Part shown: one piece after another, positions 28,267-35,336 of the stretch
Numbering within the stretch: the first letter of the stretch is position 1
Layout of the letters: each line of letters begins with the position of its first letter
Origin: Eubacteriales bacterium
GTDB taxonomy: Bacteria > Bacillota > Clostridia > Oscillospirales > SIG627
Assembly: GCA_045595105.1 (NCBI GenBank)
Contig: JAZNZV010000083.1
Span: 1-35,336 of the forward strand
Reading direction: 5' to 3'
DNA: 35,336 bases
The notes under the pieces: model-generated
Seen by the model: only the letters and a program-made list of their open reading frames with translations
The model's database searches: none
Told to the model about the DNA's origin: nothing
Position numbers and translations under genes: made by a program

Positions 28267-28314
28267 AATTGAAAAAATCCAACCATAATTCTGCATTCGT
28301 TAAAGGAGAATATT

Positions 28315-29604
28315 ATGTCAAACTACAAAATTGAAACTAAATGTATTCAGTCGGGATACGTTCCCACAAACGGAGAGCCCAGACAGATACCCATCGTTCA
28401 GAGCACTACCTTCAAATATGACACCAGCGAGGACATGGGAAAGCTTTTTGACCTTGAAGCAGAGGGCTATTTCTATACAAGACTTCAGAACCCCACCAAC
28501 GATTACGTTGCAAAGAAGATAGCCGACCTTGAGGGCGGAACTGCGGCAATGCTCACATCATCGGGTCAGGCGGCAAACTTCTATGCTATTTTCAATATTG
28601 CTTCCTGTGGTGACCACGTTGTTGCATCATCTACTATCTACGGCGGTACCTTCAACCTTTTCTCGGTTACTATGAAGAGAATGGGCATTGATTTTACCTT
28701 TGTTTCTCCCTATGCAACCGACGAAGAGATACAGGCGGCTTTCCGTCCCAATACAAAGGCTCTTTTCGGTGAGACTATCGCAAATCCCGCTTTGACTGTC
28801 CTTGATATCGAGCGCTTTGCGAACGTTGCGCACAAGAACGGTGTACCCCTCATTATAGATAACACCTTTGCAACTCCTTTCCTTTGCCGTCCCTTTGAGT
28901 TTGGTGCAGATATCGTAACTCACTCTACAACAAAGTACATGGACGGACATGGTGCAGGAGTTGGCGGCTGTATCGTTGACAGCGGTAAATTCGACTGGAC
29001 AAAGTACCCCGATAAATTCCCCGGTCTTTGTACTCCCGACGATAGCTACCACGGCGTAACCTACACCGAGCGCTTCGGACTTGGCGGTGCATTTATCACT
29101 AAGGCAACAGCTCAGCTCATGCGTGACTTCGGCTCTATTCAGTCACCTCAGAACGCTTTTCTTTTAAACCTCGGTCTCGAAAGCCTCCACGTAAGAATGG
29201 AGCGTCACTCTGCTAATGCATTGAAGGTAGCGACCTTCCTTGAAAGTCATCCCATGGTTTCTTGGGTTAAATACAGCGGACTTCCCTCTGACAGAGACTA
29301 TCCCCTTGCACAGAAATATCTTCCCCTCGGCTCCTGCGGAGTTGTAAGCTTTGGAGTAAAGGGCGGAAGAAGTGCAGCTGAGAAGTTCATGAAGAATCTT
29401 CGCATCGCTTCAATTGAGACACACGTAGCAGATGCCAAGACCTGCTGTCTGCATCCCGCTTCAGCCACACACCGTCAGATGAACGACGCCGAGCTTGAAG
29501 CGGCAGGAGTTTCTCCCGACCTTGTAAGATACTCTTGCGGTATCGAAAACGCAGACGACCTTATTGCTGACATTGCCCAAGCACTTGAAAAGGCGGGTGT
29601 TTAA
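28315..29604 (+). CDS. metY: O-acetylhomoserine aminocarboxypropyltransferase (sulfhydrylase)
   Basis: [37 protein letters not shown]; adjacent to metA. Confidence 0.9.
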   Translation: MSNYKIETKCIQSGYVPTNGEPRQIPIVQSTTFKYDTSEDMGKLFDLEAEGYFYTRLQNPTNDYVAKKIADLEGGTAAMLTSSGQAANFYAIFNIASCGDHVVASSTIYGGTFNLFSVTMKRMGIDFTFVSPYATDEEIQAAFRPNTKALFGETIANPALTVLDIERFANVAHKNGVPLIIDNTFATPFLCRPFEFGADIVTHSTTKYMDGHGAGVGGCIVDSGKFDWTKYPDKFPGLCTPDDSYHGVTYTERFGLGGAFITKATAQLMRDFGSIQSPQNAFLLNLGLESLHVRMERHSANALKVATFLESHPMVSWVKYSGLPSDRDYPLAQKYLPLGSCGVVSFGVKGGRSAAEKFMKNLRIASIETHVADAKTCCLHPASATHRQMNDAELEAAGVSPDLVRYSCGIENADDLIADIAQALEKAGV

Positions 29605-29606
29605 TA

Positions 29607-30521
29607 ATGCCTATCAGAATACCCAACTCTCTGCCTGCTACCCAAACGCTCATTGACGAAAACATTTTCGTCATGACCGAGACACGGGCTCTGACACAGG
29701 ATATTCGCCCCTTGCAGATACTTCTTTTAAATCTTATGCCCACCAAAATAGTTACCGAAACACAGTTTGCAAGGCTCCTCGGCAACACACCCTTGCAGGT
29801 GGAGCTCGACTTCTTGCAGACTGCCACCCATAAGGCTACCCACACCTCCTCAGACCACCTTCTTGCCTTTTATAAGGTCTTTGACGACATTAAAGACAAG
29901 AAATACGACGGCATGATAATCACGGGCGCTCCCGTTGAGCTCATGCCCTTTGAAGAGGTCAACTATTGGAAAGAGCTTTGTGAGATCATGGAGTGGTCGA
30001 AAACTCACGTAACAAGCACCTTCCACATCTGTTGGGGCGCTCAGGCAGGTCTTTACTATCACTTCGGTATAGGTAAAGAAGTTCTTCCCGAGAAGCTTTT
30101 TGGAGTTTTCCCTCACCGAGTAGTGCACAAAAACGCAATACTTTTCAGAGGCTTTGACGATGAGTTTTTAGTACCTCACTCCCGTCACACCACCGTTGAC
30201 GTTGAAGAGGTAAGACGGGTTCCCGAGCTTAAAATACTCACCCTTTCCGATAAAGCGGGACTTCACTGCTGTATGACTGAAGGCGGACGTCAGATTTTCG
30301 TGACCGGTCATTCCGAATATGACCCCGAAACCTTGAAAAATGAGTATTTGAGGGACAAAAACGCAGGGCTCCCCATAAAGGTTCCCGAAAACTATTTCCC
30401 TCACGACGATGATACCCTTCCCCCTATCGTTAAATGGCGCTCTCACGCCAATCTCCTTTTTTCTAACTGGCTTAATTACTTTGTATATCAAGCGACGCCT
30501 TACGACATCAACGAAATATAA
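29607..30521 (+). CDS. metA: Homoserine O-acyltransferase (MetA family, probably acetyltransferase)
   Basis: [38 protein letters not shown]. Confidence 0.96.
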   Translation: MPIRIPNSLPATQTLIDENIFVMTETRALTQDIRPLQILLLNLMPTKIVTETQFARLLGNTPLQVELDFLQTATHKATHTSSDHLLAFYKVFDDIKDKKYDGMIITGAPVELMPFEEVNYWKELCEIMEWSKTHVTSTFHICWGAQAGLYYHFGIGKEVLPEKLFGVFPHRVVHKNAILFRGFDDEFLVPHSRHTTVDVEEVRRVPELKILTLSDKAGLHCCMTEGGRQIFVTGHSEYDPETLKNEYLRDKNAGLPIKVPENYFPHDDDTLPPIVKWRSHANLLFSNWLNYFVYQATPYDINEI

Positions 30522-30579
30522 AAAATACTTTGTATTTTTCTGTTCTGCATTCTGCATTAAAAACCCCACGGAGGTTAAA

Positions 30580-30963
30580 ATGAAAAAAATACTTAACGTT
30601 CTTTATACGGTGCTTTGTCATTTTGCTTTGTCTTTTTCGGGAATAATACTTTTCTTCTGGTCGTTTATGAAAGAGGCACAGTATATCGATTATGAGAAAA
30701 TTCTTGTTTTCTTCCGCTTTGCTTTGATATTCGGTGTAGCGTCGGTTATTTTCGCTATACCCAAGATTCCTTACATAGTAAAGCTATCACTGCACTTTGT
30801 AATAAACACCATAGCTTTTGTTGCCACCTTTGCTACCGCAACGGGAATACCACAGATGAGAGCCTTTGTTGTAGGTGCATTGTTCGTTATAATTTACGTT
30901 ATTGTTTTCGCTGTTGTTAAGGGACTTCAGGCTCTTGCAAAGAAGCTGACGAAAAATGTATGA
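30580..30963 (+). CDS. Hypothetical 4-TM membrane protein
   Basis: GGAGG SD before ATG 30580; four hydrophobic segments; overlaps the next start codon. Confidence 0.75.
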   Translation: MKKILNVLYTVLCHFALSFSGIILFFWSFMKEAQYIDYEKILVFFRFALIFGVASVIFAIPKIPYIVKLSLHFVINTIAFVATFATATGIPQMRAFVVGALFVIIYVIVFAVVKGLQALAKKLTKNV

Positions 30964-31831
30964 GCTGAAAGCTTTAGGGCAGTCCTCTTATTATATTGAC
31001 TGCCCCTCCAAAATCGGAATAATAAAAAAGGACAGCCACGTTATCCTCATTGACGGCGGTAGCAGTAAGGACTCGGCGAAAAAGACCCTCAAAGCGATAA
31101 CGGCAGAGGGGTGGACGGTAAAGAGTGTCATCATTACCCATTCCCACGCCGACCACATAGGTGGTGTTAAGTATCTTGCCGACAACACAGGATGCAAGGT
31201 TTACGCCAAGGGCACCGAGTGTGACTTTACACGGCATACCTATCTGGAGGGTACGTACATTTGGGGAGGCTTTCCTCACCGTGATTTGAGAAGTCATTTC
31301 TTTTTAGCGCCACCCTGTGAGGTAGAGCCCATAGAGGAGTTTTCAGAGGAGGGCGTGAGCATAATAGACCTACCCGGTCATTCCTTTGACCAGATAGGAG
31401 TTAAAGCTCCCGATGGCACTGTCTTTGTGGCTGATGCATTGGCGAGCGAAACTACCCTTGAAAAGTACGGCGTTTCGTTTTTGTACGACGTGAAAAGCTA
31501 TCTTGAAACCCTCCATAAGCTGAAGAGCCTTGACGGTAAGGTGTTCTTGCCATCTCATAACGAGCCACAGACGAGCATAGTCACTCTCGCTGACAGGAAC
31601 ATAGAAAAGACTCTCGAAATATGTGAGAGTATAGTAAAGCTTCTTGACATACCCTTGACCTTTGACGAGCTTTTAAAGGGTATCTTCGATAAGTATTCTC
31701 TTGCCCTTTCAACAGGACAGTACTCTCTTGTTGGGTCAACTATTCGTTCCTATATTTCATATCTTTGGGACGAGGGAAGAATTGAGCCCGAAATAAACGA
31801 CAACCTAATGAAATGGAAAAAAACGGAGTGA
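30956..31831 (+). CDS. MBL-fold metallo-hydrolase
   Basis: LIDGG, THSHADHIGG, LPGHS, VADAL, PSH. Confidence 0.9.
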   Translation: MYELKALGQSSYYIDCPSKIGIIKKDSHVILIDGGSSKDSAKKTLKAITAEGWTVKSVIITHSHADHIGGVKYLADNTGCKVYAKGTECDFTRHTYLEGTYIWGGFPHRDLRSHFFLAPPCEVEPIEEFSEEGVSIIDLPGHSFDQIGVKAPDGTVFVADALASETTLEKYGVSFLYDVKSYLETLHKLKSLDGKVFLPSHNEPQTSIVTLADRNIEKTLEICESIVKLLDIPLTFDELLKGIFDKYSLALSTGQYSLVGSTIRSYISYLWDEGRIEPEINDNLMKWKKTE

Positions 31832-31846
31832 AAACTCCGTTTTTTT
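31817..31846. terminator. Bidirectional terminator
   Basis: A7-CGGAGT-GAAA-ACTCCG-T7 between convergent genes. Confidence 0.85.
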
Positions 31847-32648
31847 AATTCCTATATTCACTTGGCGACACGCCGTATTTCTTTTTAAATATACGGCTGT
31901 AATATAACGGGTCTGAAAAACCGCAGATTTCGGATATCTCGCCAATAGTGTATTTTGTGGAGGTCAGCATTTCGCAGGACGTTTTTAGTCTCAACTCGTT
32001 CTGGTATTTTTTTGCGGTTGTACCCGTAACCTCCGAAAAGAGGTGAGAGAAACGGCTCTTTGAATACCCCGTAATTTCTGCAAGGCTGTCCAATGATATT
32101 TCTTTGTTGTAGTTTTCGTTCAAGTAGGCGAGGGCAGGGGCTATTATATCGTAGCCTCTTATGTCGGCGGGAGAGTTACAAGCGTTGGAAATATTGTATA
32201 TAAGCTCTACAAGGCGGGCATTGGCAAAGCTTTCTCTTCCTTGAGTGTGAAATTCTTTAACAAGCTCTGAAAAAGAAGCGAGGATTTCGTTCTTTGGCTT
32301 TAACGAATACACTCCGCTCTTAAGCTTTGCATCTGTCATTATTTCGTCGGCAACCGTTCCCGTAAAATGGCACCACAGAGTAGTGCTCTTTGAGGGAAAT
32401 GAGTATTTTTGTTCCTCGTTTGGAGAGTAGATAATGATGTTTCCTGCCGTCAGAGTGTGGTTTTCTCCACCGTGGAGAGCTTCACAATTGCCACTTATGA
32501 TGAGAAGCAAGTGATAATCAAGTCTGCCTCTTTTTCGTATGACAGTATAGTTCTTGGGAGCATTCTGAAAACCACAGCTGTTGACTTTCAGATATTTGTC
32601 GGTTTTAAAGTTTGTTAAATCGTATTTTTCTCCGTCATAGGTTTTCAT
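31845..32648 (-). CDS. AraC family transcriptional regulator
   Basis: N-terminal cupin-like domain (GRLDYHLL, WCHFTG); C-terminal CGFSDPLYYSRIFKKKYGVSPSEYR. Confidence 0.95.
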   Translation of the reverse strand: MKTYDGEKYDLTNFKTDKYLKVNSCGFQNAPKNYTVIRKRGRLDYHLLLIISGNCEALHGGENHTLTAGNIIIYSPNEEQKYSFPSKSTTLWCHFTGTVADEIMTDAKLKSGVYSLKPKNEILASFSELVKEFHTQGRESFANARLVELIYNISNACNSPADIRGYDIIAPALAYLNENYNKEISLDSLAEITGYSKSRFSHLFSEVTGTTAKKYQNELRLKTSCEMLTSTKYTIGEISEICGFSDPLYYSRIFKKKYGVSPSEYRN

Positions 32649-32670
32649 TATTATCTCACCTCATAAAATG

Positions 32671-32749
32671 AGTATATCATATTTTAGCATTTTTGTCCAT
32701 ATCAATCAAGGAATTGTATATGGACTTTTTTACTTATTTTAAATATCAT
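32671..32749. promoter_or_regulatory. Divergent promoters with an araI1-like site
   Basis: Minus: TGGACA(32699-94)-17-TATACT(32676-71). Plus: TGGACT(32721-26)-17-TATCAT(32744-49). TAGCATTTTTGTCCATA at 32685-32701. Confidence 0.65.
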
Positions 32750-32781
32750 AAAGTCAGAAAAACAAAAACAGGAGAAAAAAT

Positions 32782-34095
32782 ATGAAAAAATTTGCTTTTA
32801 TAGGTGCAGGAAGTCTTCAGTTCACAAGTAGCTGTGTCAGAGACCTTTTGACCTTCCCTGCATTTCAGGAATGTGAGTTTGCCCTCATGGACACAAACCC
32901 CGATAATCTTAAAAATATCGAAAAGGTAGTGGGCAGAATTGTCGAGAACATGGGCTGTAATAAGTGCATTGTTACTGCCACCACCGACAGAATAGAAGCC
33001 CTCAAGGGAGCCGACGGTGTTCTTTGCACGGTGTTTAACGGCGATATTGATATATGGCAGTACGATATTACCATTCCCAAGAAGTATGGAATCGACATTA
33101 ACGTAGGAGATACCCGAAGCGTATCGGGCATTTTCAGAGCACTGAGAAACATTCCTCTCATGCTTGACATCTGTCACGACATTGAAAAGTACTGTCCTAA
33201 CGCAGTATTCCTCAACTATACTAACCCCATGGCAATGCTTTGCTCTGCTATGCAGAAGTATTCGGGCATCGAGGTGACAGGTCTTTGCCACAGCGTTCAG
33301 GGAACTGTAAAGATGCTCGCCGAGTGGCTGGGAGTTCCTTATGACGAAATTGTCTATAAGTGTATGGGCGTAAACCATCAGGCGTTTTACACTATTCTTC
33401 AGCACAAGGGGGAGGACCTTTATCCCAGACTCCGAAAGCTTCTTGAAAACGAAGAGTATTACAACAAGGAGCAGGTAAGAAACGAGATGTTCTTAAAGCT
33501 GGGCTACTACGTAACCGAGTCCAGCGGACATAACTCCGAGTATAACGCTTGGTTCAGAAAGAGACCCGACCTTATTGAAAAGTATTGTACTCATGGTACA
33601 AACTGGAATCCCGGTGAACATGCCTTCTCTCTCAACATAAGAAAAGAGAGAAAAGCCGACACTGCAAAGCAGTACAAGGAATGGCTTGAGAAGGACTTTG
33701 ATAAGAACAAGAGCCACGAGTATGCAGGTGACATCTTCAACGCAAGACTCGGTGACGGAAAGCCCTTCGTTTTCAATGCTAACGTTATAAATCACAACTC
33801 TATTCCTAACCTTCCTGCTGACGCTTGCGTAGAAGTACCCGTTGTTGCAGATAGAATGGGCTTTAAGACAACTATTGCAGGACCCCTTCCCGAGCATTTG
33901 GCAATCTTGGTAAATACTACCGCCCGACTTGAATCTCTCGCCGTTGAAGCGGCAATGAAAAAGAGCCGTGAAATGGTATATCACGCCGTTTATATGGACC
34001 CTCTTTCATCTGCTGTCTGCAGTATGGATGAAATCAAGAGGATGTGCGATGAGCTTTTTGAAGTCAACCGTGACTTCCTTGGGGAGTATAAATAA
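32782..34095 (+). CDS. GH4 NAD+-dependent alpha-galactosidase/alpha-glucosidase (MelA-like)
   Basis: FIGAGS, GDTRSVSGIFRALR, LNYTNPM, GLCHSVQ, GVNHQAF, TESSGHNSEY. Confidence 0.92.
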   Translation: MKKFAFIGAGSLQFTSSCVRDLLTFPAFQECEFALMDTNPDNLKNIEKVVGRIVENMGCNKCIVTATTDRIEALKGADGVLCTVFNGDIDIWQYDITIPKKYGIDINVGDTRSVSGIFRALRNIPLMLDICHDIEKYCPNAVFLNYTNPMAMLCSAMQKYSGIEVTGLCHSVQGTVKMLAEWLGVPYDEIVYKCMGVNHQAFYTILQHKGEDLYPRLRKLLENEEYYNKEQVRNEMFLKLGYYVTESSGHNSEYNAWFRKRPDLIEKYCTHGTNWNPGEHAFSLNIRKERKADTAKQYKEWLEKDFDKNKSHEYAGDIFNARLGDGKPFVFNANVINHNSIPNLPADACVEVPVVADRMGFKTTIAGPLPEHLAILVNTTARLESLAVEAAMKKSREMVYHAVYMDPLSSAVCSMDEIKRMCDELFEVNRDFLGEYK

Positions 34096-34985
34096 TGATA
34101 GGCTATTTCCTTTTATCTCTATCTCTTCTTGCAGGGGCAACCAAAGGCTTTTGCGGTAAAAAAATAAGCTTTTTTACCAAAGAAACAAAAAGCGCTGTTT
34201 TTGCAAACATGATAAGAATGCTCATGTGCGTCGTAATAGGAGCTGTTATTGTAGTGTTGAAGGGTGAGGTCGAATATCTTATACCCGACGTAAAGCTTCT
34301 GCTTGTTTCGGCTATGTCGGGTGTTTCCACAGCTGTGTTTGTGGTTACCTGGCTCATGTCGGTGAGAAAAAGCGCTTACGTAATGCTCGAATTGTTTTTG
34401 ACCATGGGAGTTATAATTCCCCTCGCTCTGTCTTGGGCTTTATTCGGTGAGCCGGTAACACTCAGACAGCGAGCAGGATTTATTATACTTGCTTTGGGTG
34501 TTTACGTCATGTCTTTATACAGTAGCTCCATCAAGGGCAAAATTTCAAAATTAGACCTTGTCCTGCTCTTCCTTTGCGGAGCATTTAATGCAGTTACTGA
34601 CTTTTCTCAAAAGCTCTTTGTCAAAAGCGACTTTGAAGCTCCTGCAACGGTGTTCAATCTTTACACTTATATTTTTTGTGCTATAATATTGTCGGGCTTT
34701 TATTTTGCAGTAGGTAAGGGTAAAGAAAAAACCAACCCACAAAAAATGTCAAAGACAGTTTTTATGTACGTTGGTATAATGTCGCTGTGCCTTTTTGCAC
34801 ATTCTTATTTCAAAACGTTAGCGGCAACACACCTTGATGCAGTAAAGCTTTATCCCTTGAGTCAAGCAGGCTCCTTGATTTTGTCTACGGCAATGTCAGC
34901 TGTTTTCTTTGGTGAGAAGATTACGCTGAAAAGCTTTTTAGGAACGGCAATAGCCTTTTTAGGTTTATTGGTGATAAACATATGA
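34095..34985 (+). CDS. EamA/DMT family transporter
   Basis: About 10 TM segments in two repeats ending LFGEPVT / FFGEKIT; TAATG coupling to the GH4 gene. Confidence 0.8.
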   Translation: MIGYFLLSLSLLAGATKGFCGKKISFFTKETKSAVFANMIRMLMCVVIGAVIVVLKGEVEYLIPDVKLLLVSAMSGVSTAVFVVTWLMSVRKSAYVMLELFLTMGVIIPLALSWALFGEPVTLRQRAGFIILALGVYVMSLYSSSIKGKISKLDLVLLFLCGAFNAVTDFSQKLFVKSDFEAPATVFNLYTYIFCAIILSGFYFAVGKGKEKTNPQKMSKTVFMYVGIMSLCLFAHSYFKTLAATHLDAVKLYPLSQAGSLILSTAMSAVFFGEKITLKSFLGTAIAFLGLLVINI

Positions 34986-35044
34986 CGAAAGGGCACGTGG
35001 CTTTCATACATCATTTTTACATCAAATTTTGAAAAAATTATGTT

Positions 35045-35321
35045 GCTTCGAGCCCCTTCGGACTTTATTATACCATAACGAAAAAACAGATGCACAAGGC
35101 ATCTGTTTTGTGTTATGGGGTGAATAATGGGGCAGGTCTGCTGCGCATACCTTTTCGCTCGGGCAAAGCCCTCCCGCACTCGGCTAAAAACAGTCCACCG
35201 GACTGTTTTTTTAACGCCGATTTCCCTCTCAGGCTTCGAGCCCCTTCGGACTTATTATACCATAACAAAAAGACAGATGCACAAGGCATCTGTCTTTTTA
35301 TTATGGGGTGAATAATGGGGC
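35045..35321 (-). repeat. Tandem tRNA-linked repeat (two 89-bp copies, period 188)
   Basis: 35045-35133 and 35233-35321 are near-identical; each carries the last 18 nt of the tRNA plus a terminator-like hairpin. Confidence 0.9.
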
Positions 35322-35336
35322 TCGAACCCACGACCT
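35304..35336 (-). tRNA. 3' part of a tRNA, probably tRNA-His (truncated by window edge)
   Basis: AGGTC-GTGGG-TTCGAGC-CCCAT-TATTCAC-C-CCA: T-arm, acceptor 3' strand, C discriminator typical of bacterial tRNA-His, encoded CCA. Anticodon lies outside the window. Confidence 0.75.

Noticed and set aside
28128-28314. SAM-I riboswitch or T-box upstream of metY
   Set aside because: No ATCnAGAG...GAGGGA..GGCCC...GGTGC core and no AGGTGGnACC T-box motif; the leader-peptide model fits better
32746-33405. 219-aa minus-strand ORF
   Set aside because: Antisense to the GH4 gene with no independent support
35045-35321. CRISPR array
   Set aside because: Only two 89-bp units containing tRNA sequence; no cas genes
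35090-35331. Short ORFs at the right end
   Set aside because: They lie within the tRNA-linked repeat and terminator hairpins
31845-35336. Integrated island at the tRNA carrying AraC/GH4/EamA
   Set aside because: No integrase, and no distal copy of the tRNA 3' end was noticed left of these genes

Overview
Gene-dense chromosomal window from a Clostridia-like Firmicute (taxon inferred from gene content and SD/promoter style). In order: tsf-rpsB (minus); a hypothetical gene; a plus-strand operon (two M16 peptidase-like genes, lgt, folD, metal permease, pyridoxal kinase, flavin reductase); a minus-strand PhoP/PhoR-like pair with an HD protein and Na/Pi cotransporter; a glycogen operon glgB-C-D-A-P plus GH13; an FAD oxidoreductase, aminotransferase and YitT gene; metY-metA; an MBL hydrolase; an AraC / GH4 / EamA unit; and the 3' end of a probable tRNA-His with a tandem tRNA-linked repeat. 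The most interesting signal is a 25-codon Met/Cys-rich leader ORF, absent from the ORF track, with overlapping antiterminator and terminator hairpins upstream of metY-metA. It looks like a ribosome-mediated methionine attenuator rather than an S-box or T-box. Other notable items are a near-copy of the E. coli araI1 site in the AraC/GH4 promoter region, a Pho-box-like two-promoter region, an odd tsf initiation region and several palindromic or heptamer repeat families. Family calls are by motif recognition only; no searches or folding programs were run.
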